Shown: one piece after another, positions 1-13,913 of the stretch | Numbering within the stretch: the first letter of the stretch is position 1 | How the letters are laid out: each line of letters opens with the position of its first letter | NCBI GenBank assembly: GCA_032718475.1 | Contig: JAUCBJ010002869.1 | Location: 1-35,084 of the forward strand | DNA: 35,084 bases | Direction of reading: 5' to 3' | DNA from: Nemertoderma westbladi | Taxonomy: Eukaryota > Animalia > Xenacoelomorpha | Program-made: the position numbers and the translations under genes | Notes under the pieces: generated by a model | Database searches by the model: none | What the model was told of the DNA's origin: nothing | The model's input: the letters and a program-made list of their open reading frames with translations, nothing else

Positions 1-3000
1 GGACAGTGACTCTACCAACCTGGGGTTTTATGTACTCAATCTCCGTCTAGGACAGTGACTCTACCAATCTGGGGTTTTATGTACTCCTCTCCCTCTAGGA
101 CAGTGACTACCAACCTGGGGTTTATGTACTCCTCTCCGTCTAGGACAGTGACTACCAACCTGGGGTTTTATGTACTCCTCTCCGTCTAGGACAGTGACTA
201 CCAACCTGGAGTTTGTACTCCTCTCCCTCTAGGACAGTGACTCTACCAACCTGGGGTTTTATGTACTCCTCTCCGTCTAGGACAGTGACTACCAACCTGG
301 GGTTTTATGTACTCCTCTCCGTCTAGGACAGTGACTCTACCAATCTGGGGTTTTATGTACTCAATCTCCGTCTAGGACAGCGACTACCAATCTGGGGTTT
401 TATGTACTCCTCTCCGTCTAGGACAGTGACTCTACCAACCTGGGGTTTTATGTACTCCTCTCCCTCTAGGACAGTGACTCTACCAACCTGGGGTTTTATG
501 TACTCCTCTCCGTCTAGGACAGTGACTGCACCAACCTGGGGTTTTATGTACTCCTCTCCGTCTAGGACAGTGACTACCAACCTGGGGTTTTATGTACTCC
601 TCTCCGTCTAGGACAGTGACTCTACCAACCTGGGGTTTTATATACTCCTCTCCCTCTAGGACAGTGACTCTACCAACCTGGGGTTTTATGTACTCCTCTC
701 CGTCTAGGACAGTGACTGCACCAACCTGCGGTTTTATGTACTCCTCTCCGTCTAGGACAGTGACTCTACCAACCTGGGGTTTTATGTACTCCTCTCCCTC
801 TAGGACAGTGACTGTACCAACCTGGGGTTTTATGTACTCCTCTCCGTCTAGGACAGTGACTCTACCAACCTGGGGTTTTATGTACTCCTCTCCGTCTAGG
901 ACAGTGACTCTACCAACCTGGGGTTTTATATACTCCTCTCCCTCTAGGACAGTGACTCTACCAACCTGGGGTTTTATGTACTCCTCTCCCTCTAGGACAG
1001 TGACTGTACCAACCTGGGGTTTTATGTACTCCTCTCCGTCTAGGACAGTGACTCTACCAACCTGGGGTTTTATGTACTCCTCTCCCTCTAGGACAGTGAC
1101 TGTACCAACCTGGGGTTTTATGTACTCCTCTCCGTCTAGGACAGTGACTCTACCAACCTGGGGTTTTATATACTCCTCTCCCTCTAGGACAGTGACTCTA
1201 CCAACCTGGGGTTTTATGTACTCCTCTCCGTCTAGGACAGTGACTGCACCAACCTGCGGTTTTATGTACTCCTCTCCGTCTAGGACAGTGACTCTACCAA
1301 CCTGGGGTTTTATGTACTCCTCTCCCTCTAGGACAGTGACTGTACCAACCTGGGGTTTTATGTACTCCTCTCCGTCTAGGACAGTGACTCTACCAACCTG
1401 GGGTTTTATATACTCCTCTCCCTCTAGGACAGTGACTCTACCAACCTGGGGTTTTATGTACTCCTCTCCGTCTAGGACAGTGACTCTACCAACCTGGGGT
1501 TTTATGTACTCCTCTCCGGCTAGGACAGTGACTACCAACCTGGGGTTTTATGTACTCCTCTCCGTCTAGGACAGTGACTCTACCAACCTGGGGTTTTATA
1601 TACTCCTCTCCCTCTAGGACAGTGACTCTACCAACCTGGGGTTTTATGTACTCCTCTCCGTCTAGGACAGTGACTGCACCAACCTGCGGTTTTATGTACT
1701 CCTCTCCGTCTAGGACAGTGACTCTACCAACCTGGGGTTTTATGTACTCCTCTCCCTCTAGGACAGTGACTGTACCAACCTGGGGTTTTATGTACTCCTC
1801 TCCGACTAGGACAGTGACTCTACCAACCTGGGGTTTTATGTACTCCTCTCCGTCTAGGACAGTAACTCTACCAACCTGGGGTTTTATGTACTCCTCTCCG
1901 TCTAGGACAGTGACTACCAACCTGGGGTTTTATGTACTCCTCTCCGTCTAGGACAATGACTCTACCAACCTGGGGTTTTATATACTCCTCTCCCTCTAGG
2001 ACAGTGACTCTACCAACCTGGGGTTTTATGTACTCCTCTCCGTCTAGGACAGTGACTCTACCAACCTGGGGTTTTATGTACTCCTCTCCCTCTAGGACAG
2101 TGACTCTACCAACCTGGGGTTTTATGTACTCCTCTCCCTCTAGGACAGTGACTCTACCAACCTGGGGTTTTATGTACTCCTCTCCGTCTAGGACAGTGAC
2201 TCTACCAACCTGGGGTTTTATGTACTCCTCTCCCTCTAGGACAGTGACTCTACCAACCTGGGGTTTTATGTACTCCTCTCCGTCTAGGACAGTGACTCTA
2301 CCAATCTGGGGTTTTATGTACTCCTCTCCGTCTAGGACAGTGACTCTACCAACCTGGGGTTTTATGTACTCCTCTCCGTCTAGGACAGTGACTCTACCAA
2401 CCTGGGGTTTTATGTACTCCTCTCCGTCTAGGACAGTGACTCTACCAACCTGGGGTTTTATGTACTCCTCTCCCTCTAGGACAGTGACTCTACCAACCTG
2501 GGGTTTTATGTACTCCTCTCCGTCTAGGACAGTGACTCTACCAACCTGGGGTTTTATGTACTCCTCTCCGTCTAGGACAGTGACTCTACCAACCTGGGGT
2601 TTTATGTACTCCTCTTCGGCTAGGACAGTGACTCTACCAACCTGGGGTTTGTACTCCTCTCCGTCTAGGACAGTGACTCTACCAATCTGGGGTTTTATGT
2701 ACTCCTCTCCGTCTAGGACAGTGACTCTACCAACCTGGGGTTTTATGTACTCCTCTCCGTCTAGGACAGTGACTACCAACCTGGGGTTTTATGTACTCCT
2801 CTCCGTCTAGGACAGTGACTACCAACCTGGGGTTTTATGTACTCCTCTCCGCCTAGGACAGTGACTCTACCAACCTGGGGTTTTATGTACTCCTCTCCGT
2901 CTAGGACAGTGACTCTACCAATCTGGGGTTTTATGTACTCCTCTCCGTCTAGGACAGTGACTCTACCAATCTGGGGTTTTATGTACTCCTCTCCCTCTAG

Positions 3001-6000
3001 GACAGTGACTCTACCAACCTGGGGTTTTATGTACTCCTCTCCGTCTAGGACAGTGACTCTACCAACCTGGGGCTTTATGTACTCCTCTCCGTCTAGGACA
3101 GTGACTCTACCAACCTGGGGTTTTATGTACTCCTCTCCGTCTAGGACAGTGACTCTTTCAACCTGGGGTTTTATGTACTCAATCTCCGTCTAGGACAGCG
3201 ACTACCAATCTGGGGTTTTATGTACTCCTCTCCGTCTAGGACAGTGACTCTTTCAACCTGGGGTTTTATGTACTCAATCTCCGTCTAGGACAGCGACTAC
3301 CAATCTGGGGTTTTATGTACTCCTCTCCGTCTAGGACAGTGACTCTACCAACCTGGGGTTTTATGTACTCCTCTCCGCCTAGGACAGTGACTCTACCAAC
3401 CTGGGGTTTTATGTACTCCTCTCCGTCTAGGACAGTGACTCTACCAATCTGGGGTTTTATGTACTCCTCTCCGTCTAGGACAGTGACTCTACCAACCTGG
3501 GGCTTTATGTACTCCTCTCCGTCTAGGACAGTGACTCTACCAACCTGGGGTTTTATGTACTCCTCTCCGTCTAGGACAGTGACTCTTTCAACCTGGGGTT
3601 TTATGTACTCAATCTCCGTCTAGGACAGCGACTACCAATCTGGGGTTTTATGTACTCCTCTCCGTCTAGGACAGTGACTCTACCAACCTGGGGTTTTATG
3701 TACTCCTCTCCGCCTAGGACAGTGACTCTACCAACATGGGGTTTTATGTACTCCTCTCCCTCTAGGACAGTGACTCTACCAACCTGGGGTTTTATGTACT
3801 CCTCTCCGTCTAGGACAGTAACTCTTCCAACCTGGGGTTTTATGTACTCAATCTCCGTCTAGGACAGCGACTACCAATCTGGGGTTTTATGTACTCCTCT
3901 CCGTCTAGGACAGTGACTGCACCAACCTGGGGTTTTATGTACTCCTCTCCGTCTAGGACAGTGACTACCAACCTGGGGTTTTATGTACTCCTCTCCCTCT
4001 AGGACAGTGACTCTACCAACCTGGGGTTTTATGTACTCCTCTCCGTCTAGGACAGTGACTACCAACCTGGGGTTTTATGTACTCCTCTCCGTCTAGGATA
4101 GTGACTCTACCAACCTGGGGTTTTATGTACTCCTCTCCGTCTAGGACAGTGACTCTACCAACCTGGGGTTTTATGTACTCCTCTACGTCTAGGATAGTGA
4201 CTCTACCAACCTGGGGCTTTATGTACTCCTCTCCGTCTAGGACAGTGACTCTACCAACCTGGGGTTTTATGTACTCCTCTCCGTCTAGGACAGTGACTAC
4301 CAACCTGGGGTTTTATGTACTCCTCTCCGTCTAGGACAGTGACTGCACCAACCTGGGGTTTTATGTACTCCTCTACGTCTAGGACAGTGACTCTACCAAC
4401 CTGGGGCTTTATGTACTCCTCTCCGTCTAGGACAGTGACTCTACCAACCTGGGGTTTTATGTACTCCTCTCCGTCTAGGACAGTGACTACCAACCTGGGG
4501 TTTTATGTACTCCTCTCCGTCTAGGACAGTGACTACCAACCTGGGGTTTTATGTACTCCTCTCCCTCTAGGACAGTGACTCTACCAACCTGGGGTTTTAT
4601 GTACTCCTCTCCCTCTATAGGACAGTGACTACCAACCTGGGGTTTTATGTACTCCTCTCCGTCTAGGACAGTGACTGTACCAACCTGGGGTTTTATGTAC
4701 TCCTCTCCGTCTAGGACAGTGACTCTACCAACCTGGGGTTTTATGTACTCCTCTCCGGCTAGGACAGTGACTCTACCAACCTGGGGTTTGTACTCCTCTC
4801 CGTCTAGGACAGTGACTCTACCAATCTGGGGTTTTATGTACTCCTCTCCGTCTAGGACAGTGACTACCAACCTGGGGTTTTATGTACTCCTCTCCGTCTA
4901 GGACAGTGACTACCAACCTGGGGTTTTCTGTACTCCTCTCCGCCTAGGACAGTGACTCTACCAACCTGGGGTTTTATGTACTCCTCTCCCTCTAGGACAG
5001 TGACTCTACCAACATGGGGTTTTATGTACTCCTCTCCCTCTAGGACAGTGACTCTACCAACCTGGGGTTTTATGTACTCCTCTCCGTCTAGGACAGTAAC
5101 TCTTCCAACCTGGGGTTTTATGTACTCAATCTCCGTCTAGGACAGCGACTACCAATCTGGGGTTTTATGTACTCCTCTCCGTCTAGGACAGTGACTGCAC
5201 CAACCTGGGGTTTTATGTACTCCTCTCCGTCTAGGACAGTGACTACCAACCTGGGGTTTTATGTACTCCTCTCCCTCTAGGACAGTGACTCTACCAACCT
5301 GGGGTTTTATGTACTCCTCTCCGTCTAGGACAGTGACTACCAACCTGGGGTTTTATGTACTCCTCTCCGTCTAGGATAGTGACTCTACCAACCTGGGGTT
5401 TTATGTACTCCTCTCCGTCTAGGACAGTGACTCTACCAACCTGGGGTTTTATGTACTCCTCTACGTCTAGGACAGTGACTCTACCAACCTGGGGCTTTAT
5501 GTACTCCTCTCCGTCTAGGACAGTGACTCTACCAACCTGGGGTTTTATGTACTCCTCTCCGTCTAGGACAGTGACTACCAACCTGGGGTTTTATGTACTC
5601 CTCTCCGTCTAGGACAGTGACTACCAACCTGGGGTTTTATGTACTCCTCTCCCTCTAGGACAGTGACTCTACCAACCTGGGGTTTTATGTACTCCTCTCC
5701 CTCTATAGGACAGTGACTACCAACCTGGGGTTTTATGTACTCCTCTCCGTCTAGGACAGTGACTGTACCAACCTGGGGTTTTATGTACTCCTCTCCGTCT
5801 AGGACAGTGACTCTACCAACCTGGGGTTTTATGTACTCCTCTCCGGCTAGGACAGTGACTCTACCAACCTGGGGTTTGTACTCCTCTCCGTCTAGGACAG
5901 TGACTCTACCAATCTGGGGTTTTATGTACTCCTCTCCGTCTAGGACAGTGACTACCAACCTGGGGTTTTATGTACTCCTCTCCGTCTAGGACAGTGACTA

Positions 6001-9000
6001 CCAACCTGGGGTTTTCTGTACTCCTCTCCGCCTAGGACAGTGACTCTACCAACCTGGGGTTTTATGTACTCCTCTCCGTCTAGGACAGTGACTCTACCAA
6101 TCTGGGGTTTTATGTACTCCTCTCCGTCTAGGACAGTGACTCTACCAACCTGGGGCTTTATGTACTCCTCTCCGTCTAGGACAGTGACTCTACCAACCTG
6201 GGGTTTTATGTACTCCTCTCCGTCTAGGACAGTGACTCTTCCAACCTGGGGTTTTATGTACTCAATCTCCGTGTAGGACAGCGACTACCAATCTGGGGTT
6301 TTATGTACTCCTCTCCGTCTAGGACAGTGACTCTACCAACCTGGGGTTTTATGTACTCCTCTCCGTCTAGGACAGTGACTCTTCCAACCTGGGGTTTTAT
6401 GTACTCAATCTCCGTCTAGGACAGCGACTACCAATCTGGGGTTTTATGTACTCCTCTCCGTCTAGGACAGTGACTCTACCAACCTGGGGTTTTATGTACT
6501 CCTCTCCCTCTAGGACAGTGACTCTACCAACCTGGGGTTTTATGTACTCCTCTCCCTCTAGGACAGTGACTCTACCAACGTGGGGTTTTATGTACTCCTC
6601 TCCGTCTAGGACAGTGACTCTTCCAACCTGGGGTTTTATGTACTCAATCTCTGTCTAGGACAGCGACTACCAATCTGGGGTTTTATGTACTCCTCTCCGT
6701 CTAGGACAGTGACTCTACCAACCTGGGGTTTTATGTACTCCTCTCCCTCTAGGACAGTGACTCTATCAACCTGGGGTTTTATGTACTCCTCTCCGTCTAG
6801 GACAGTGACTGTACCAACCTGGGGTTTTATGTACTCCTCTCCGTCTAGGACAGTGACTCTACCAACCTGGGGTTTTATATACTCCTCTCCCTCTAGGACA
6901 GTGACTCTACCAACCTGGGGTTTTATGTACTCCTCTCCGTCTAGGACAGTGACTCTACCAACCTGGGGTTTTATGTACTCCTCTCCGGCTAGGACAGTGA
7001 CTACCAACCTGGGGTTTTATGTACTCCTCTCCGTCTAGGACAGTGACTCTACCAACCTGGGGTTTTATATACTCCTCTCCCTCTAGGACAGTGACTCTAC
7101 CAACCTGGGGTTTTATGTACTCCTCTCCGTCTAGGACAGTGACTGCACCAACCTGCGGTTTTATGTACTCCTCTCCGTCTAGGACAGTGACTCTACCAAC
7201 CTGGGGTTTTATGTACTCCTCTCCCTCTAGGACAGTGACTGTACCAACCTGGGGTTTTATGTACTCCTCTCCGACTAGGACAGTGACTCTACCAACCTGG
7301 GGTTTTATGTACTCCTCTCCGTCTAGGACAGTAACTCTACCAACCTGGGGTTTTATGTACTCCTCTCCGTCTAGGACAGTGACTACCAACCTGGGGTTTT
7401 ATGTACTCCTCTCCGTCTAGGACAATGACTCTACCAACCTGGGGTTTTATATACTCCTCTCCCTCTAGGACAGTGACTCTACCAACCTGGGGTTTTATGT
7501 ACTCCTCTCCGTCTAGGACAGTGACTCTACCAACCTGGGGTTTTATGTACTCCTCTCCCTCTAGGACAGTGACTCTACCAACCTGGGGTTTTATGTACTC
7601 CTCTCCCTCTAGGACAGTGACTCTACCAACCTGGGGTTTTATGTACTCCTCTCCGTCTAGGACAGTGACTCTACCAACCTGGGGTTTTATGTACTCCTCT
7701 CCGTCTAGGACAGTGACTCTACCAACCTGGGGTTTTATGTACTCCTCTCCGGCTAGGACAGTGACTCTACCAACCTGGGGTTTGTACTCCTCTCCGTCTA
7801 GGACAGTGACTCTACCAATCTGGGGTTTTATGTACTCCTCTCCGTCTAGTACAGTGACTCTACCAACCTGGGGTTTTATGTACTCCTCTCCGTCTAGGAC
7901 AGTGACTACCAACCTGGGGTTTTATGTACTCCTCTCCGTCTAGGACAGTGACTACCAACCTGGGGTTTTATGTACTCCTCTCCGTCTAGGACAGTGACTA
8001 CCAACCTGGGGTTTTATGTACTCCTCTCCGCCTAGGACAGTGACTCTACCAACCTGGGGTTTTATGTACTCCTCTCCGTCTAGGACAGTGACTCTACCAA
8101 TCTGGGGTTTTATGTACTCCTCTCCGTCTAGGACAGTGACTCTACCAACCTGGGGCTTTATGTACTCCTCTCCGTCTAGGACAGTGACTCTACCAACCTG
8201 GGGTTTTATGTACTCCTCTCCGTCTAGGACAGTGACTCTTTCAACCTGGGGTTTTATGTACTCAATCTCCGTCTAGGACAGCGACTACCAATCTGGGGTT
8301 TTATGTACTCCTCTCCGTCTAGGACAGTGACTCTACCAACCTGGGGTTTTATGTACTCCTCTCCCTCTAGGACAGTGACTCTACCAACATGGGGTTTTAT
8401 GTACTCCTCTCCCTCTAGGACAGTGACTCTACCAACCTGGGGTTTTATGTACTCCTCTCCGTCTAGGACAGTAACTCTTCCAACCTGGGGTTTTATGTAC
8501 TCAATCTCCGTCTAGGACAGCGACTACCAATCTGGGGTTTTATGTACTCCTCTCCGTCTAGGACAGTGACTGCACCAACCTGGGGTTTTATGTACTCCTC
8601 TCCGTCTAGGACAGTGACTACCAACCTGGGGTTTTATGTACTCCTCTCCCTCTAGGACAGTGACTCTACCAACCTGGGGTTTTATGTACTCCTCTCCGTC
8701 TAGGACAGTGACTACCAACCTGGGGTTTTATGTACTCCTCTCCGTCTAGGATAGTGACTCTACCAACCTGGGGTTTTATGTACTCCTCTCCGTCTAGGAC
8801 AGTGACTCTACCAACCTGGGGTTTTATGTACTCCTCTACGTCTAGGACAGTGACTCTACCAACCTGGGGCTTTATGTACTCCTCTCCGTCTAGGACAGTG
8901 ACTCTACCAACCTGGGGTTTTATGTACTCCTCTCCGTCTAGGACAGTGACTACCAACCTGGGGTTTTATGTACTCCTCTCCGTCTAGGACAGTGACTACC

Positions 9001-12000
9001 AACCTGGGGTTTTATGTACTCCTCTCCCTCTAGGACAGTGACTCTACCAACCTGGGGTTTTATGTACTCCTCTCCGTCTAGGACAGTGACTCTACCAACC
9101 TGGGGTTTTATGTACTCCTCTCCGTCTAGGACAGTGACTACCAACCTGGGGTTTTATGTACTCCTCTCCGTCTAGGACAGTGACTACCAACCTGGGGTTT
9201 TATGTACTCCTCTCCGTCTAGGACAGTGACTACCAACCTGGGGTTTTATGTACTCCTCTCCCTCTAGGACAGTGACTCTACCAACCTGGGGTTTTATGTA
9301 CTCCTCTCCGTCTAGGACAGTGACTCTACCAACCTGGGGTTTTATGTACTCCTCTCCCTCTATAGGACAGTGACTACCAACCTGGGGTTTTATGTACTCC
9401 TCTCCGTCTAGGACAGTGACTGTACCAACCTGGGGTTTTATGTACTCCTCTCCGTCTAGGACAGTGACTCTACCAACCTGGGGTTTTATGTACTCCTCTC
9501 CGGCTAGGACAGTGACTCTACCAACCTGGGGTTTGTACTCCTCTCCGTCTAGGACAGTGACTCTACCAATCTGGGGTTTTATGTACTCCTCTCCGTCTAG
9601 GACAGTGACTACCAACCTGGGGTTTTATGTACTCCTCTCCGTCTAGGACAGTGACTACCAACCTGGGGTTTTCTGTACTCCTCTCCGCCTAGGACAGTGA
9701 CTCTACCAACCTGGGGTTTTATGTACTCCTCTCCCTCTAGGACAGTGACTCTACCAACATGGGGTTTTATGTACTCCTCTCCCTCTAGGACAGTGACTCT
9801 ACCAACCTGGGGTTTTATGTACTCCTCTCCGTCTAGGACAGTAACTCTTCCAACCTGGGGTTTTATGTACTCAATCTCCGTCTAGGACAGCGACTACCAA
9901 TCTGGGGTTTTATGTACTCCTCTCCGTCTAGGACAGTGACTGCACCAACCTGGGGTTTTATGTACTCCTCTCCGTCTAGGACAGTGACTACCAACCTGGG
10001 GTTTTATGTACTCCTCTCCCTCTAGGACAGTGACTCTACCAACCTGGGGTTTTATGTACTCCTCTCCGTCTAGGACAGTGACTACCAACCTGGGGTTTTA
10101 TGTACTCCTCTCCGTCTAGGATAGTGACTCTACCAACCTGGGGTTTTATGTACTCCTCTCCGTCTAGGACAGTGACTCTACCAACCTGGGGTTTTATGTA
10201 CTCCTCTACGTCTAGGACAGTGACTCTACCAACCTGGGGCTTTATGTACTCCTCTCCGTCTAGGACAGTGACTCTACCAACCTGGGGTTTTATGTACTCC
10301 TCTCCGTCTAGGACAGTGACTACCAACCTGGGGTTTTATGTACTCCTCTCCGTCTAGGACAGTGACTACCAACCTGGGGTTTTATGTACTCCTCTCCCTC
10401 TAGGACAGTGACTCTACCAACCTGGGGTTTTATGTACTCCTCTCCCTCTATAGGACAGTGACTACCAACCTGGGGTTTTATGTACTCCTCTCCGTCTAGG
10501 ACAGTGACTGTACCAACCTGGGGTTTTATGTACTCCTCTCCGTCTAGGACAGTGACTCTACCAACCTGGGGTTTTATGTACTCCTCTCCGGCTAGGACAG
10601 TGACTCTACCAACCTGGGGTTTGTACTCCTCTCCGTCTAGGACAGTGACTCTACCAATCTGGGGTTTTATGTACTCCTCTCCGTCTAGGACAGTGACTAC
10701 CAACCTGGGGTTTTATGTACTCCTCTCCGTCTAGGACAGTGACTACCAACCTGGGGTTTTCTGTACTCCTCTCCGCCTAGGACAGTGACTCTACCAACCT
10801 GGGGTTTTATGTACTCCTCTCCGTCTAGGACAGTGACTCTACCAATCTGGGGTTTTATGTACTCCTCTCCGTCTAGGACAGTGACTCTACCAACCTGGGG
10901 CTTTATGTACTCCTCTCCGTCTAGGACAGTGACTCTACCAACCTGGGGTTTTATGTACTCCTCTCCGTCTAGGACAGTGACTCTTCCAACCTGGGGTTTT
11001 ATGTACTCAATCTCCGTCTAGGACAGCGACTACCAATCTGGGGTTTTATGTACTCCTCTCCGTCTAGGACAGTGACTCTACCAACCTGGGGTTTTATGTA
11101 CTCCTCTCCGTCTAGGACAGTGACTCTTCCAACCTGGGGTTTTATGTACTCAATCTCCGTCTAGGACAGCGACTACCAATCTGGGGTTTTATGTACTCCT
11201 CTCCGTCTAGGACAGTGACTCTACCAACCTGGGGTTTTATGTACTCCTCTCCCTCTAGGACAGTGACTCTACCAACCTGGGGTTTTATGTACTCCTCTCC
11301 CTCTAGGACAGTGACTCTACCAACCTGGGGTTTTATGTACTCCTCTCCGTCTAGGACAGTGACTCTTCCAACCTGGGGTTTTATGTACTCAATCTCTGTC
11401 TAGGACAGCGACTACCAATCTGGGGTTTTATGTACTCCTCTCCGTCTAGGACAGTGACTCTACCAACCTGGGGTTTTATGTACTCCTCTCCGTCTAGGAC
11501 AGTGACTACCAACCTGGGGTTTTATGTACTCCTCTCCGTCTAGGACAGTGACTCTACCAACCTGGGGTTTTATGTACTCCTCTCCCTCTAGGACAGTGAC
11601 TCTACCAACCTGGGGTTTTATGTACTCCTCTCCGTCTAGGACAGTGACTCTTCCAACCTGGGGTTTTATGTACTCAATCTCCGTCTAGGACAGCGACCTA
11701 CCAATCTGGGGTTTTATGTACTCCTCTCCGTCTAGGACAGTGACTACCAACCTGGGGTTTTATGTACTCCTCTCCCTCTAGGACAGTGACTCTACCAACC
11801 TGGGGTTTTATGTACTCCTCTCCCTCTAGGACAGTGACTCTACCAACCTGGGGTTTTATGTACTCCTCTCCGTCTAGGACAGTGACTCTACCAATCTGGG
11901 GTTTTATGTACTCCTCTCCGTCTAGGACAATGACTCTACCAACCTGGGGTTTTATGTACTCCTCTCCGTCTAGGACAATGACTCTTCCAACCTGGGGTTT

Positions 12001-13504
12001 TATGTACTCCTCTCCGTCTAGGACAGTGACTACCAACCTGGGGTTTTATGTACTCCTCTCCGTCTAGGACAATGACTCTACCAACCTGGGGTTTTATGTA
12101 CTCCTCTCCGTCTAGGACAGTGACTACCAATCTGGGGTTTTATGTACTCCTCTCCGTCTAGGACAATGACTCTTCCAACCTGGGGTTTTATGTACTCCTC
12201 TCCGTCTAGGACAGTGACTCTACCAACCTGGGGTTTTATGTACTCCTCTCCGTCTAGGACAGTGACTCTACCAACCTGGGGTTTTATGTACTCCTCTCCG
12301 TCTAGGACAGTGACTACCAACCTGGGGTTTTATGTACTCCTCTCCGTCTAGGACAGTGACTCTACCAACCTGGGGTTTTATGTACTCCTCTCCCTCTAGG
12401 ACAGTGACTCTACCAACCTGGGGTTTTATGTACTCGTCTCCGTCTAGGACAGTGACTCTACCAATCTGGGGTTTTATGTACTCCTCTCCGTCTAGGACAG
12501 TGACTCTACCAACCTGGGGTTTGTACTCCTCTCCGTCTAGGACAGTGACTCTACCAATCTGGGGTTTTATGTACTCCTCTCCGTCTAGGACAGTGACTAC
12601 CAACCTGGGGTTTTATGTACTCCTCTCCGTCTAGGACAGTGACTACCAACCTGTGGTTTTCTGTACTCCTCTCCGTCTATGACAGTGACTCTACCAACCT
12701 GGGGTTTTATGTACTCCTCTACGTCTAGGACAGTGACTCTACCAACCTGGGGTTTTATGTACTCCTCTCCGTCTAGGACAATGACTCTACCAACCTGGGG
12801 TTTTATGTACTCAATCTCCGTCTAGGACAGCGACTACCAACCTGGGGTTTTATGTACTCCTCTCCGTCTAGGACAGTGACTACCAACCTGGGGTTTTCTG
12901 TACTCCTCTCCGCCTAGGACAGTGACTCTACCAACCTGGGGTTTTATGTACTCCTCTCCGTCTATGACAGTGACTCTACCAACCTGGGGTTTTATGTACT
13001 CCTCTACGTCTAGGACAGTGACTCTACCAACCTGGGGTTTTATGTACTCCTCTCCGTCTAGGACAGTGACTCTACCAACCTGGGGTTTTATGTACTCCTC
13101 TCCGTCTAGGACAATGACTCTACCAACCTGGGGTTTTATGTATTCCTCTCCATCTAGGACAATGACTCTACCAACCTGGGGTTTTATGTACTCCTCTCCG
13201 TCTAGGACAGTGACTCTACCAACCTGGGGTTTTATGTACTCCTCTCCCTCTAGGACAGTGACTGCACCAACCTGGGGTTTTATGTACTCCTCTCCGTCTA
13301 GGACAATGACTCTACCAACCTGGGGTTTTATGTATTCCTCTCCATCTAGGACAATGACTCTACCAACCTGGGGTTTTATGTACTCCTCTCCGTCTAGGAC
13401 AGTGACTGCACCAACCTGGGGTTTTATGTACTCCTCTCCGTCTAGGACAATGACTCTACCAACCTGGGGTTTTATGTATTCCTCTCCGTCTAGGACAGTG
13501 ACTC
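1..13504. repeat. 48-bp tandem satellite, ~280 units, consensus GGACAGTGACTCTACCAACCTGGGGTTTTATGTACTCCTCTCCGTCTA; runs off the left edge
   Basis: Directly visible. Length variants of 46 bp (-CT), 45 bp (-TAT), 49 bp (CTCAATCTCC) and 50 bp (CTCTATAGG), plus recurrent SNVs. The array ends abruptly at ~13504 in unique sequence. Confidence 0.99.
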
Positions 13505-13661
13505 GGCGTTCTAGACGACTGACTACAGTCTTTAGATACCAGACTGTCTTCTTCAACCGAAGGTTCTCCCTCTCCAAGGCGGACAGTCGGTCGGTTACAG
13601 CGGGGTCGGTGGTTTGGTGTCCGTCGAAGCGAACTTGGGGCGAGCCTTTCGGTGTTGAGTT
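13464..13661 (-). CDS. Putative coding exon 2 (66 codons, phase 0-0): NSTPKGSPQVRFDGHQTTDPAVTDRLSALERENLRLKKTVWYLKTVVSRLERRVTVLDGEEYIKPQ; coiled coil
   Basis: Minus strand reads ttcatctttccttcccctag|AAC (polypyrimidine tract, AG at 13663-13662), with a shift from AT-rich to GC-balanced sequence. Open frame with regular heptads. First donor-like site CAG|GTTGGT at 13464/13463. Without splicing the frame stays open to the stop at 12834. Confidence 0.7.
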
Positions 13662-13913
13662 CTAGGGGAAGGAAAGATGAAAGATTCAGTTAGAATAATA
13701 AATAAATAAAATAATAGTAAAATAATGAAATAGTAATAAAATATAATCCACAAATTATTGAATAGATGCAATTCACCATCAATGGAATATTTTGGTCCTA
13801 TAATAACCAAACCATATAATAATAATAATAATTTATACAATTTATACACTACAGGTATATTTTATTTAATTACATCAAATTTCAAATACAAACACTCCAT
13901 CCTTGTGTTATAT

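Noticed and set aside
353-12634. Dozens of ORFs on both strands (MYSSPSRTVTLPTWGF.. and VTVLDGEEYIKPQVGR..)
   Set aside because: Products of a stop-free 48-bp unit, repeatedly broken by 46/49/50-bp variants. Only the minus-strand frame contiguous with 13661 has independent support.
1-13504. CRISPR-like array
   Set aside because: No unique spacers: units are contiguous and near-identical. No cas genes, and the context is eukaryotic.
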